NCBI GenBank assembly: GCA_013041925.1
Contig: JABDRB010000001.1
Location: 47,750 to 71,749, forward strand
Direction: 5' to 3'
DNA: 24,000 nt
Source of the DNA: Akkermansiaceae bacterium
GTDB taxonomy: Bacteria > Verrucomicrobiota > Verrucomicrobiia > Verrucomicrobiales > Akkermansiaceae
Under the pieces are notes generated by a model, which was given only the letters and a program-made list of their open reading frames with translations, was not told the origin of the DNA and did no database searches. Positions 8,323 to 17,960 of this stretch are shown here, piece after piece (within the stretch, counting starts at the first letter, position 1; each line of letters starts with the position of its first letter). The translations under genes and the position numbers were made by a program.

Positions 8323-10227
8323 TCATTTTCGCAGTGCGATAGCGAGGATGGCGATGTCTGCCGGAGTGATGCCCGAGATCCGCGAAGCCTGGCCGATGGT
8401 CGCCGGGCGAATACTCGAGAGATGATCCCGGGCTTCCGTTTTGAGTCCGGATACTTTCGAGTAGTCAAACGCATCGGGGATGCGCTTATCCTCCATACGT
8501 TGTAATCGGTCAATCTGCGTTTGCTGGCGATCAAGGTGACCGGCGTATTTGAACTCGATTTCGATGAGAGGCCACAGACTTGCAGGTGCCTGCGAGAGGA
8601 TTTCTTCGGGCAGACTGCGCCATGCGTTATCGGATCGACGAAACCAACGGTCAAGTTTGACTCGATCGTGGGAAATCGTTGGGACAAGCGCTTGAGCCGC
8701 CTTGAGATCGGCTATCTTTTGGCGTGTTCGGTCGGCGCGCAACCCTGAAACCAGTCCGTTTTCGATGGCTATAGGCGTCAGCCGAAGGTCGGCATTGTCT
8801 TGGCGCAGCAGCAGGCGGTATTCCGCACGTGAAGTAAACATCCGGTAAGGTTCGGTGGTGCCTTTGGTCACGAGGTCATCGATCATGACGCCGATGTAGG
8901 CTTGGTCACGGCGCAGAATAAAATGGGGTTGATGAAGAACCTTGAGCGCAGCATTGGCACCCGCCATGAGCCCCTGAGCAGCGGCTTCCTCATAACCCGA
9001 GGTGCCATTAATCTGACCCGCAAAGTACAGGCCGGAGACACGCTTCGTTTCTAGTGTCGGGGACAGCTGCGTCGGCGGGCAATAGTCGTATTCCACGGCG
9101 TATCCTGGCCGGACGATCTGAGCCTTTTCGAGCCCTTGGATCGACCGGATGAACGCGAGTTGCACGTCATAGGGGAGGGATGTCGAGACACCATTGACAT
9201 AGTATTCATGGGTGTGGCGGCCTTCGGGCTCAAGGAAAACCTGATGGCGTTCTTTGTCGGCAAACTTCACAACCTTATCCTCGATGGACGGGCAATAGCG
9301 AGGCCCAGGCCCCTCGATTTTCCCGCTGTACATCGGTGATTTATCGAGGTTATTGCGGATGATCTCGTGGGTTTCTGGCGAGGTGTACGTAATATGGCAG
9401 GGGATTTGTTCCACGTGGAACGCTGGACGGGGGTCGGTGCCGGGGGGGCTGCACTCCGGAGTTAGCGGGTGACCGTTCAGTGTATGGATGTCGTTGGGAC
9501 CCTTGGTCAGGGTATCAGCCATGAACGAAAAGAAAGGAGGGGGCGTGTCGCCATGCTGAGCTTCGGTCCGACTGAAATCAATCGACGTTCCATTAATGCG
9601 GCATGGGGTGCCTGTTTTGAATCGTTCTACCTCGAAGCCAAGTTGATGCAAGGAGTCTGAAACGGTGGATGTGGCGTCGCCCATGCGGCCACCCACCTCA
9701 TTTTTTAAGCCGACATGCATGAGTCCCCGCATAAATGTGCCCGCAGAAAGCACGACCGAGCGGGCATTGATCTGCATTTGAAGGGTGGTGGTAATCCCGG
9801 TGATGGTGTCATTTTCGACAAGCAGTTCGGCAACATTCGCCTGATGGAGATCGATACCGGGAGTGGATTCCAGCGTGTGTTTGATGCGGAACTGGTAAGC
9901 TTTCTTATCACACTGGGCGCGGGGTGCGCGCACAGAGGGGCCTTTGCCGGCGTTGAGCATGCGGAATTGGATCGCGGTCGCATCGGTATTCAGGCCCATG
10001 GCACCACCGAGGGCATCGATTTCCCTGACCATATGCCCTTTAGCCAGTCCGCCGATAGCGGGGTTGCATGACATGGCGCCGATCGTATCGAGGTTCTGAG
10101 TCAGCACAGCGACGCTACAGCCGAGTCGGGCGGCGGCGAGTGCGGCTTCGACGCCGGCATGGCCTGCGCCGATGACGAGCACATCATAGTGTTTGGGATA
10201 GAGGAACACGGAGGGGTATTTAGCCAA
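8323..10227 (-). CDS. mnmG: tRNA uridine-5-carboxymethylaminomethyl modification enzyme MnmG (GidA)
   Basis: 634-aa ORF. N-terminal FAD motif [23 protein letters not shown]. Also [40 protein letters not shown] and [17 protein letters not shown], all typical MnmG/GidA blocks. Confidence 0.97.
   Translation of the reverse strand: MAKYPSVFLYPKHYDVLVIGAGHAGVEAALAAARLGCSVAVLTQNLDTIGAMSCNPAIGGLAKGHMVREIDALGGAMGLNTDATAIQFRMLNAGKGPSVRAPRAQCDKKAYQFRIKHTLESTPGIDLHQANVAELLVENDTITGITTTLQMQINARSVVLSAGTFMRGLMHVGLKNEVGGRMGDATSTVSDSLHQLGFEVERFKTGTPCRINGTSIDFSRTEAQHGDTPPPFFSFMADTLTKGPNDIHTLNGHPLTPECSPPGTDPRPAFHVEQIPCHITYTSPETHEIIRNNLDKSPMYSGKIEGPGPRYCPSIEDKVVKFADKERHQVFLEPEGRHTHEYYVNGVSTSLPYDVQLAFIRSIQGLEKAQIVRPGYAVEYDYCPPTQLSPTLETKRVSGLYFAGQINGTSGYEEAAAQGLMAGANAALKVLHQPHFILRRDQAYIGVMIDDLVTKGTTEPYRMFTSRAEYRLLLRQDNADLRLTPIAIENGLVSGLRADRTRQKIADLKAAQALVPTISHDRVKLDRWFRRSDNAWRSLPEEILSQAPASLWPLIEIEFKYAGHLDRQQTQIDRLQRMEDKRIPDAFDYSKVSGLKTEARDHLSSIRPATIGQASRISGITPADIAILAIALRK
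9407..9422. repeat. Second copy of the 16-mer TGTTCCACGTGGAACG (core is the perfect 14-bp palindrome GTTCCACGTGGAAC), inside the mnmG coding sequence
   Basis: Read directly. It is identical to 10313-10328. Here it encodes FHVEQ in mnmG. Confidence 0.9.
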
Positions 10228-10312
10228 TGTGCCTTAAGTTACAAACCCCAAATACGACAGCCACAGTAAGATCGTGCTCTGAATCATCACTCTGGCGGGG
10301 GTGAAGTTGAAA

Positions 10313-10350
10313 TGTTCCACGTGGAACGATCGGACATGGGCGGACATGGG
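10313..10350. promoter_or_regulatory. Candidate operator cluster in the mnmG/usp divergent intergenic region: a 14-bp perfect palindrome followed by a tandem 10-mer
   Basis: GTTCCACGTGGAAC at 10314-10327, a 3-nt gap, then CGGACATGGG twice in tandem (10331-10340 and 10341-10350). The region lies 86 bp upstream of the mnmG start and about 90-125 bp upstream of the usp start. The function is inferred, not shown. Confidence 0.3.
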
Positions 10351-10399
10351 ATCGACAGGATGTGCGGATGATATGAGAGAATGGGAACAGGCAAATAGG

Positions 10400-10428
10400 T
10401 TGTCTGCATGCGCCCGATAGGCTAATGT
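10400..10428 (+). promoter_or_regulatory. Possible sigma70-like promoter for the usp gene (TTGTCT-17-TAATGT)
   Basis: The -35-like TTGTCT is at 10400-10405, followed by a 17-nt spacer and the -10-like TAATGT at 10423-10428. The ATG at 10438 would give a near-leaderless mRNA. This is pattern matching only, and promoter rules for this phylum are uncertain. Confidence 0.2.
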
Positions 10429-10437
10429 TGGAATGCT

Positions 10438-10890
10438 ATGAAAAGGATAATTGCTGCGATTGATTTTTCCGATGTGAGTGCGTCGGTGGTGAAGGTAGCT
10501 ACCAAACTTGCCAAGGCATTGGATGAAAACCTTCACCTCGTCCATGTGGTAGAATCGGAGCCGACGTATGCGGCCTATGGATTTTCGCCAGGGGAATTCC
10601 CAGCGATGCATGAGGTCCAGCAGGAGTCGGTGACGCGGGGGGAGAAAAAGCTCCAAGCGATAGCCGCTGAAATTGGGCTTGTGGGTGTGGAGACGAAGGT
10701 TTTGCAAGGGCAGCCGCTGTATTCCATTTTAGAATACGCCAAGGAGGTGGATGCTGATATGCTCGTGCTGGGCTCACATGGTCATGGATTTCTAGGAAGT
10801 TTGCTTTTAGGTAGTGTGGCAGAAGGCTGCGTGAGAAAGGCGAAGATTCCTGCATTGATTGTCCCAGTGCCGCGATCTGACAAATCATAA
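10438..10890 (+). CDS. Universal stress protein (UspA family)
   Basis: 150 aa. MKRIIAAIDFSDVS...LHLVHVVE...ADMLVLGSHGHGFLGSLLLGSVAEGCVRKAKIPALIVP matches the Usp fold and its G-2x-G-9x-G(S/T) ATP-binding motif. Confidence 0.9.
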   Translation: MKRIIAAIDFSDVSASVVKVATKLAKALDENLHLVHVVESEPTYAAYGFSPGEFPAMHEVQQESVTRGEKKLQAIAAEIGLVGVETKVLQGQPLYSILEYAKEVDADMLVLGSHGHGFLGSLLLGSVAEGCVRKAKIPALIVPVPRSDKS

Positions 10891-11029
10891 GCCCCCCAGC
10901 GCGATGAGGTGAATCGGGAGCATCGGGGTCGGCGTGCCAGCAGCTTGATCCTGCAGGCGGCGTGATTGTGGTCGAATCCTCAGCTACGGGCTTGTGCTGA
11001 GCCGGTGATTAGGGCATGGATTGGCTCAC

Positions 11030-12325
11030 ATGTTTGAGGTGCGAGACAAACCGGAAATGGTGGAGCGGGCGTTGCTCGTCCGTATCTATTCGGATCGGCG
11101 TGAGGAAGAGGAGGAAGCGTCCCTCTTGGCGGAGCTGGGCGACTTGGTCACCACCTTGGAGATTGGCGTTGTCGACTCGGCCTTTGTTTACACGCGGTCG
11201 CTGCACCGGAAATTCCTCTGTGGGACGGGGAAAGCGCAGGAAGTGGTTGATCTGGCAAAGGCGCACGAGTGCGATTGTATTGTTTTTGACAACATGTTTT
11301 TGCCGTCGCAGCAGCGTGCCTGGGAAGAATTGGCCGATATGTGTGTGATTGACCGTGAGGAGGTGATTTTGGATATTTTTTCGAAGCGCGCGCACACCAA
11401 GGAAGCCCGACTTCAGGTCGACCTGGCCAAGATGCAGTATTCGTTGCCTCGATTGACACGTATGTGGGGTCACCTCGACCGCGAAGGCGGAGCGAGTGGC
11501 GGTGGCAAAGGTGGCGGTGGGGCATCCCGCGGCATGGGTGAACAGCAAGTGGAAGTCGACCGTCGATTGGCGAGGACACGCATTGACCAATGTAAACGCG
11601 AACTAGCCGAAGTCAGAAAACAGCGGAGTACACGCCGAAAAGAGCGGGAGAAGCAGGGGATACCCTGTGCGGCGATCGCAGGATACACCAATGCGGGGAA
11701 ATCCACCTTATTGAACCAGCTGGCACAGTCTGAGGTCATGGCGAAGGACATGCTATTTGCCACCTTGGACACAACGACGAGGTCGATTGAGCTTCCAAAT
11801 GGGCAGCCACTTCTGCTGACGGATACGGTGGGTTTTGTCAGAAATTTGCCACACAGGCTGGTGGAGGCGTTTAAAGCAACCTTAGAGGAGTCGGTTCTGG
11901 CCGACTTTATCATCCATGTGGTGGATGCCTCATCACCGGAAGTCCATACCCTCTATAAGACAACGATGGAGGTTCTCGCCGAGCTTGGTGCAGGTGACAA
12001 ACCCGTGATCACGGTGCTGAACAAGATGGATGTCCTGGATGATCCAGTAAAACTCGCCGGGCTCGAAGTCGCCTTTCCCAATACGATCGCGGTGAGCGCC
12101 AAATCGGGCTTGGGAATGGAAGAACTGCGGGTCAAATGTGCCGAAATGCTGGCGGATCGCGTGCAAACGGAAACGTATCGCGTCCCACAGAGTCGTGGTG
12201 ATCTCACGGGATTATTACACCGCGAGGCCAAGGTGCTGGAAACGGAATACGATGGCAATGATGTGATCATCCAAGCAGTCGTCTCTCCCAGTGTTGCAGG
12301 CAAGCTCAAGCCGTATGCCCTTTAA
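11030..12325 (+). CDS. hflX: GTPase HflX
   Basis: The ORF track gives a TTG start at 11021. ATG at 11030 (MFEVRDKPEMVERALLV) resembles typical HflX N-termini. G1 GYTNAGKSTLLN, G3 DTVGF, G4 NKMD, plus the HflX N-terminal domain and a glycine-rich linker (GGGKGGGGASRGMGEQQVEVDRR). Confidence 0.95.
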   Translation: MFEVRDKPEMVERALLVRIYSDRREEEEEASLLAELGDLVTTLEIGVVDSAFVYTRSLHRKFLCGTGKAQEVVDLAKAHECDCIVFDNMFLPSQQRAWEELADMCVIDREEVILDIFSKRAHTKEARLQVDLAKMQYSLPRLTRMWGHLDREGGASGGGKGGGGASRGMGEQQVEVDRRLARTRIDQCKRELAEVRKQRSTRRKEREKQGIPCAAIAGYTNAGKSTLLNQLAQSEVMAKDMLFATLDTTTRSIELPNGQPLLLTDTVGFVRNLPHRLVEAFKATLEESVLADFIIHVVDASSPEVHTLYKTTMEVLAELGAGDKPVITVLNKMDVLDDPVKLAGLEVAFPNTIAVSAKSGLGMEELRVKCAEMLADRVQTETYRVPQSRGDLTGLLHREAKVLETEYDGNDVIIQAVVSPSVAGKLKPYAL

Positions 12326-12384
12326 GCCATCATCCTGCCCCCACGTCAGATAAGCTGGGAGCAAGTACGATAAAATCGACCCCG

Positions 12385-13608
12385 ATGCTATCTCCTCAGA
12401 CAAAATATGTGTCACGCATCGCCTCTCCATTACCCATGCGGATCCTAATACTGATTCTGTTAGCCTGTACTGTAGCCGCAGCGCAAGAGGCACGTGTGCG
12501 GACGGGTCCACCCGACACGGGCACGGAGCCGCAGCGCACACAGGCGGAAATACCGCCTGCCAACCAAATAACACCGACAACGAAAGAAGAAACACCGCAG
12601 GAGCTGACGATTCCTAACGACCGCGACAGTGTGGTCCGTTTGCAAATTTTTCTTGATCAGAAGCGATTTGGTCCCGGCTTCATCGATGGTAAATCGGGTA
12701 GGTTTACCCGTTTGGCGATTGAGAATTACAACCTGAGTTTGGGCCGAAAAAAAGACGACCTCAGGGTGCTGGCGGAGTCGGACCAAGGGGTGCCGCAGAC
12801 ATACGCGACCGCTATTATACCTCGTTGGGTCGATCGATATGTCGACCCCAGCTTGCCGAGGAGCCGGCTCCTTCAGTCGCAAAGAAAATCGATGCCCTAC
12901 CGGAGCGTGGCTGAACTGATGGCGGAGAGGTATCACACGTCGGAGGATTTACTCATGGCATTGAATGGCCCAGAGGCCGTCCGCGCGGCGAAGTCGCGAA
13001 CGGCGATGATTGTGCCAAACATTGAACCCTTTAGGATAGAAGATTTAAAACGAGGACGCACGCACAAAAAGCAAGATGCCCTGAGTGCGCGTCACATGGT
13101 CGTGGATACCACCACGAAGCAGATCTACATTTACCATTTGGTATTCCCGAAACGGAAAAAAAACGCGGTGATGGATGAAATCCGCCCTTCGGCGGTCGAT
13201 GGGGTTCCGGAGCTCGATAGCAAGCCCGCAAGCGAGAGAAAAAAGCCGGATCAGGTTCAATCCAAGTTGATTGCCAGTTTTCCCATCACCCCTGGTAAAA
13301 CCCGTTTTATCCCGAAAGGGTTCTGGAATTTAAAAAACAGTGTGGAGCTCCCCGAGTGGAGGTATGATCAAAAGCTCCTCGAGACAGGTGTCCGCGGAAA
13401 GGAATCCCTGAGCATTCCGCCTGGCCCGAATAATCCTGTCGGGATCATATGGAATGGGCTGACCAAATCTGGCATTGGGATTCATGGAACGAACAACCCG
13501 AGGACGATTGGTCGGGCGCGAAGTGCAGGCTGTATCCGATTGGCCAACTGGGATGCTGCGCGGATCCCTACCTTGGTCAGACCCGGTGCCGTGGTGGTGG
13601 TGAAGTGA
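12385..13608 (+). CDS. L,D-transpeptidase (YkuD catalytic domain) with an N-terminal peptidoglycan-binding domain
   Basis: 407 aa. Signal-like MRILILILLACTVAAAQ (an alternative start at 12436 is possible). PG_binding_1-like VVRLQIFLDQKRFGPGFIDGKSGRFTRLAIENYN. Catalytic motif GIHGTNNPRTIGRARSAGCIRL. Confidence 0.9.
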   Translation: MLSPQTKYVSRIASPLPMRILILILLACTVAAAQEARVRTGPPDTGTEPQRTQAEIPPANQITPTTKEETPQELTIPNDRDSVVRLQIFLDQKRFGPGFIDGKSGRFTRLAIENYNLSLGRKKDDLRVLAESDQGVPQTYATAIIPRWVDRYVDPSLPRSRLLQSQRKSMPYRSVAELMAERYHTSEDLLMALNGPEAVRAAKSRTAMIVPNIEPFRIEDLKRGRTHKKQDALSARHMVVDTTTKQIYIYHLVFPKRKKNAVMDEIRPSAVDGVPELDSKPASERKKPDQVQSKLIASFPITPGKTRFIPKGFWNLKNSVELPEWRYDQKLLETGVRGKESLSIPPGPNNPVGIIWNGLTKSGIGIHGTNNPRTIGRARSAGCIRLANWDAARIPTLVRPGAVVVVK

Positions 13609-13711
13609 TCCAGCACCTGCCGCCCCCCGATCCTGGATCCACTTCGAGAGGGAAAGGCTCGCCTCCCCCAGGACACGATCAGTAAAAAATTGAGCTGACG
13701 CGTGGCAATGC

Positions 13712-13740
13712 TTTACAAGTGGTGCAAAGTCGGGCTAAAT
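13712..13740 (+). promoter_or_regulatory. Possible sigma70-like promoter for carB (TTTACA-17-CTAAAT)
   Basis: TTTACA at 13712-13717, a 17-nt spacer, then CTAAAT at 13735-13740, ending 20 nt upstream of the carB ATG. Pattern match only. Confidence 0.2.
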
Positions 13741-13759
13741 CCTTCAAATTTAGCACACG

Positions 13760-16700
13760 ATGCCCAAAGACGTAAGTATCAAAAAAATTCTGGTGATTGG
13801 CTCCGGCCCGATCGTGATAGGACAAGGATGTGAGTTTGACTACTCTGGCGTTCAGGCCTGTAAGGCATTACGCGAAGAGGGGTATGAGGTGATCCTCGTG
13901 AACTCCAATCCGGCAACCATTATGACGGACCCTGAGTTCGCTCCGCGAACCTACATTGAACCGATCACCCCCGAAGTGGTCGAAAAAATCATAGAGCGTG
14001 AGAAGCCCGATGCCTTGCTACCGACACTGGGTGGCCAAACGGCACTCAACACATCGATGGATCTTTTTAAATCTGGTGTGCTGGATCGACACAACGTGCG
14101 CATGATCGGCGCCAATGCCGATGCCATTGACAAGGGAGAAGATCGACTCCGATTCAAAGAGGCCATGCTCAAGATTGGCTTGGACTTACCGCAGAGTGGC
14201 GTCGCTCACAATATGGAAGATGCCAAGGTGATCAGCTTGGAAATTGGCAATTTCCCCCAAATCATCCGCCCTGCCTTTACGCTAGGTGGGTCTGGCGGTG
14301 GTATCGCCTATAACAAAGAAGAATTTGAAACAATTGTCGCACGCGGCATTGACCTCTCACCTGTTGATGAGGTGCTCATCGAAGAGAGCCTCTTAGGTTG
14401 GAAGGAATACGAGATGGAAGTAATGCGTGACTGCGCGGACAACTGCGTGGTGATTTGTTCCATTGAAAACCTCGACCCGATGGGCGTGCATACCGGTGAC
14501 TCCATTACGGTGGCGCCAGCCCAGACACTGACAGATCGCGAATACCAAATCATGCGGGATGCCTCGTTTGCCTGTATCCGTGAGATTGGTGTCGAGACCG
14601 GAGGATCTAACATTCAGTTTTCCGTCAACCCAGCCGATGGCCGCTGTATCATCATTGAGATGAACCCACGTGTGTCACGCTCATCTGCCTTGGCATCCAA
14701 AGCCACCGGATTCCCGATTGCCAAGATTGCGGCGAAGCTTGCCGTGGGATACACGCTGGATGAATTACCCAACGACATCACGCGCGAGACACCTGCATCC
14801 TTTGAACCGACGATCGATTACGTTGTCACCAAGTTACCACGCTTTACCTTTGAGAAATTCCCCACAGCGGATTCCGTGTTAACCACGCAGATGAAATCCG
14901 TCGGTGAGGCGATGTCGATCGGGCGGACGTTTAAGGAATCGATGCAAAAAGCGCTACGATCCCTAGAGACTGGAAGGTTTGGCTTTGGCTTTGATGGCAA
15001 AGGGCCAAATAACCCGAGCTATGAAGACATCGAACGTAAATTACACGTCCCGAATGCCGAGCGTATCTTCTGGTTAAAAACTGCCTTTGAAACTGGTTGG
15101 TCCGTCGAAGATATTTTTGAAGCATCCTCCATTGATCGCTGGTTCCTCGAACAGCTTAAACAGATTGTTGATGAGGGAAATAACCTTGCCGACATGGATT
15201 TGCGGAAAGCAAAACGTCTCGGGTTCTCCGATCAGCAAATTGCGGTTAGCCGAGGGATTAGCCAGGAAGAGGTCCGCGCAGCGCGTAAGGCAGAAGGGGT
15301 TATCCCGACCTACCGATTAGTCGATACTTGTGCGGCTGAGTTTGAAGCCCATACACCCTATTATTATTCCACCTACGGGGATGAAAATGAGGCCCGTGAA
15401 ACCGACCAGAAAAAGATTATCATCCTCGGTGGTGGTCCTAACAGGATTGGACAAGGGATTGAGTTTGACTACTGCTGCGTGCACGCCGCCTTTGCACTCA
15501 AAGAGCTCGGCTATGAAACGGTGATGGTGAACTCCAACCCAGAAACGGTTTCCACCGACTACGATACCAGTGATAAACTTTACTTCGAGCCACTGACGCT
15601 GGAGGATGTGCTCAACATCTGCGACCAAGAAAAACCCGATGGTGTCATCGTCCAATTTGGTGGCCAAACGCCTCTCAACCTCGCGGCCGACCTCAAGCGT
15701 CATGGTGTGCCAGTCATTGGCACCTCGCCTGAATCGATTGAACTCGCTGAGGACCGGAAAATTTTCTCTGCGTTGCTGGATCGGATCGGCCTGAAACAAG
15801 CTGAAGCCGGCACCGCTGTGAGTGCCGCGGAAGCGGTCGTGGTTGCCGAAAGGATTGGCTACCCAGTTCTCGTTCGGCCTTCCTTTGTTCTTGGGGGTCG
15901 TGCCATGATGATCGTTTACAACAACGAGGAGCTCACCCACTACATGGATGAAGCGGTCGACGTATCACCCGACAGACCGGTATTGGTTGATCGCTTCCTT
16001 GAGGCGGCCATCGAGGTGGATGTCGATTGTATATCGGATGGTGAAACATCCGTCGTGGGTGCCATCATGCAGCACATTGAACAGGCTGGAATTCACTCGG
16101 GTGACTCGGCCTGTGTCATCCCCGCATTCTCTCTATCAGATTCTATCAAAAAACAAATTTTGGTGGCGGCCAAAGATTTGGCACGTGAGCTCAATGTGCG
16201 AGGCCTGATGAACATCCAGTTCGCCGTCAAGGATGAGGAGCTCTATGTCATCGAGGTCAACCCACGGGCATCGCGCACGGTCCCCTTTGTCTCCAAATCC
16301 ATCGGAATCCCATTAGCGAAACTCGCAGCCAAAATCATGGTTGGCAAGTCGCTCAAGGAGCTCGGTTTCACGGAAGAAGTTTTGCCAGATCATCACTGTG
16401 TGAAGGAAGCGGTTTTCCCGTGGCCACGTTTTCCTGGTATTGATATTGTGCTTGGGCCAGAGATGAAATCGACAGGTGAAGTGATGGGGATTGATCAGGA
16501 TATGGGGATGGCCTATGCCAAGGCCCAGATCAGTGCCTTTAACCCACTGCCAACCGGTGGTAATGTCTTTTTCTCCGTGAATGATCGCGACAAGGATCGG
16601 GCTGTATCGATTGCCCGCGACCTCGTTAAGTTAGGGTTTGTCATTTTTGCCACGGGTGGAACCTACCGCAGATTTAAAGATGAAGAATTGCCGGTCAAAC

Positions 16701-16957
16701 GACTCTACAAGCTAGCCGAGCAGAAACGCCCGAACGTCATGGACATGATGAAAAATGGTGAGATTAACTTTATCATCAATACCCCGAGTGGACACGAAGC
16801 CCGGGCCGATGAAGTGACAATCCGCTCAGGTGCTGTGGCTAACAAGATTTCGCACTGCACCAACCTCTCAGCTGCCGAGGCGTCAATCCTCGGGATTCAA
16901 TCGCTTCAGGAGAACGAGTTGAAAGTCACAACGCTGCAAGAGTATCACAAGTTGTAA
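13760..16957 (+). CDS. carB: Carbamoyl-phosphate synthase large subunit
   Basis: 1065 aa. Starts [21 protein letters not shown], which recurs as [21 protein letters not shown] in the second half. There are two ATP-grasp halves ([23 protein letters not shown] and [23 protein letters not shown]) and a C-terminal MGS-like domain. Confidence 0.98.
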   Translation: MPKDVSIKKILVIGSGPIVIGQGCEFDYSGVQACKALREEGYEVILVNSNPATIMTDPEFAPRTYIEPITPEVVEKIIEREKPDALLPTLGGQTALNTSMDLFKSGVLDRHNVRMIGANADAIDKGEDRLRFKEAMLKIGLDLPQSGVAHNMEDAKVISLEIGNFPQIIRPAFTLGGSGGGIAYNKEEFETIVARGIDLSPVDEVLIEESLLGWKEYEMEVMRDCADNCVVICSIENLDPMGVHTGDSITVAPAQTLTDREYQIMRDASFACIREIGVETGGSNIQFSVNPADGRCIIIEMNPRVSRSSALASKATGFPIAKIAAKLAVGYTLDELPNDITRETPASFEPTIDYVVTKLPRFTFEKFPTADSVLTTQMKSVGEAMSIGRTFKESMQKALRSLETGRFGFGFDGKGPNNPSYEDIERKLHVPNAERIFWLKTAFETGWSVEDIFEASSIDRWFLEQLKQIVDEGNNLADMDLRKAKRLGFSDQQIAVSRGISQEEVRAARKAEGVIPTYRLVDTCAAEFEAHTPYYYSTYGDENEARETDQKKIIILGGGPNRIGQGIEFDYCCVHAAFALKELGYETVMVNSNPETVSTDYDTSDKLYFEPLTLEDVLNICDQEKPDGVIVQFGGQTPLNLAADLKRHGVPVIGTSPESIELAEDRKIFSALLDRIGLKQAEAGTAVSAAEAVVVAERIGYPVLVRPSFVLGGRAMMIVYNNEELTHYMDEAVDVSPDRPVLVDRFLEAAIEVDVDCISDGETSVVGAIMQHIEQAGIHSGDSACVIPAFSLSDSIKKQILVAAKDLARELNVRGLMNIQFAVKDEELYVIEVNPRASRTVPFVSKSIGIPLAKLAAKIMVGKSLKELGFTEEVLPDHHCVKEAVFPWPRFPGIDIVLGPEMKSTGEVMGIDQDMGMAYAKAQISAFNPLPTGGNVFFSVNDRDKDRAVSIARDLVKLGFVIFATGGTYRRFKDEELPVKRLYKLAEQKRPNVMDMMKNGEINFIINTPSGHEARADEVTIRSGAVANKISHCTNLSAAEASILGIQSLQENELKVTTLQEYHKL

Positions 16958-17075
16958 AACCATGCATCTCGGCTGACGCTGCAGGGCGCGTCAGATACAC
17001 GATAAAAAAATCGGGCCACGCGCATGGGATGCCGGACATCCCAGCGTATGACCCATTCGCTGGATCGGGTTGATA

Positions 17076-17107
17076 ACCGTGGCACCGTGGCACCGTGGCA
17101 CCGTGGC
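17076..17107. repeat. Perfect tandem octanucleotide repeat (ACCGTGGC)x4, followed by a degenerate fifth unit
   Basis: Read directly at 17076-17107. The degenerate unit GCCGTAGT follows to 17115. It sits between the convergent 3' ends of carB and pspA and ends 3 nt from the pspA stop codon (17118-17120). Confidence 0.9.
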
Positions 17108-17117
17108 GCCGTAGTGG

Positions 17118-17888
17118 TTACTCAGAAACGCCCGGCCCCATGGTCGTTTGACTGCTTGATGTCGTTGTTGTGCTCGGTTTTTCTTCGGTGACGGGATCCG
17201 CATTGGGTTCGAGGTCGATGCCTTCTGCAGCCGCGAAATCGGCAAGTGCCATCTCAGCGAGTGCTTCGGATTCAGCAGCTTGCATATGAATCTCATCCAT
17301 ATCCATGGAATCCCTTGCGACACGAGCACGGCCAGCCGCTTTATTCCGTTCATCGGTGACCATTTCCTCGAGGCGATTCAGGGTATCACCTGAGCCTCCG
17401 ATGTCAGTGACCATGCCGGATGCCATTTCGTTGAGCTCCGCCATCGTTTTTTGCACCTTCATATCATCGATATTGCGGGCGAGCTCCTCGATTTTCTTTT
17501 TAGCCGATTTCACGCTGATATCGCGTGCCTTAACAAGTTCTTTGTATCGCACTTCTGACGCTTCGAGTTGCTTCGCCATTTCGTCGTGTTCTGAATCGAC
17601 GGATTGCAGTTTCATAGCCAATTCACCGGCAAGTTTCCGGTTGCCTGCCTTGAGGTGGGCGGATGTCTTAGCACGCAGCTCTGTTTCCTGTTGGTTGAGC
17701 TTTTTCGTTTGGGAAATCAACTTTTCGACGAGGGCAGCGTGTGTCGCGAGGCCTTTATTGAATTCTGAGATTTGTTTCCGAAGGTTTTCTTTTTCGACAT
17801 CCAGAAGTGCTTCAGGATTACGTTTTTCGATGCCGCCGATGAAGAGGCCAAGAAAGCCTTTGATGAGGTTGCCGATGCGTTTGAACAT
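17118..17888 (-). CDS. pspA: PspA/IM30 (Vipp1) family membrane-stress protein
   Basis: 256 aa. N-terminal amphipathic MFKRIGNLIKGFLGLFIGGIEKRNPEALLDVEKENLRKQI followed by long coiled-coil heptads typical of PspA/IM30. The tail is acidic and Thr/Ser-rich. Confidence 0.8.
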   Translation of the reverse strand: MFKRIGNLIKGFLGLFIGGIEKRNPEALLDVEKENLRKQISEFNKGLATHAALVEKLISQTKKLNQQETELRAKTSAHLKAGNRKLAGELAMKLQSVDSEHDEMAKQLEASEVRYKELVKARDISVKSAKKKIEELARNIDDMKVQKTMAELNEMASGMVTDIGGSGDTLNRLEEMVTDERNKAAGRARVARDSMDMDEIHMQAAESEALAEMALADFAAAEGIDLEPNADPVTEEKPSTTTTSSSQTTMGPGVSE

Positions 17889-17960
17889 AGTAGGTGGTGT
17901 GGGTTGATATGTATCTTGTCGAAAAGTTAGCGTGACCGCAAGTATAAGAGGGCGGAGAAA

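Noticed and set aside
8141-8326. A 61-aa reverse ORF whose ATG overlaps the mnmG stop (ATGA), suggesting translational coupling
   Set aside because: ATGA arises automatically from the AAA-TGA ending. An open frame of about 60 codons is not rare by chance. The peptide has no recognisable motif, and a T7 run lies inside it. I kept it only as a note in the gap finding.
10234-10888. Reverse ORFs 10234-10707 (157 aa) and 10499-10888 (129 aa)
   Set aside because: They overlap the clear UspA-family gene and the divergent promoter region, and their composition is His/Pro/Arg-rich shadow-like.
11009-11913. Reverse ORFs 11009-11590 (193 aa), 11148-11579 and 11470-11913, and plus-strand ORF 11016-11348
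   Set aside because: They are antisense or out of frame with respect to hflX, whose GTPase motifs are unambiguous.
15317-15940. Reverse ORF 15317-15940 (207 aa) and other ORFs inside carB
   Set aside because: They are antisense shadows of carB.
16973-17043. Two 7-bp hairpins (CTGACGC/GCGTCAG at 16973-16994 and TGGGATG/CATCCCA at 17025-17043) flanking an A7 run, considered as carB/pspA terminators
   Set aside because: Neither stem is directly followed by a U-run in its own transcription direction. On the minus strand the gap is 14 nt. The stems are short. I did not call them as features.
17305-17907. Plus-strand ORF 17305-17907 (200 aa)
   Set aside because: It is Ser/Arg/Phe-rich and antisense to the pspA coiled-coil gene.
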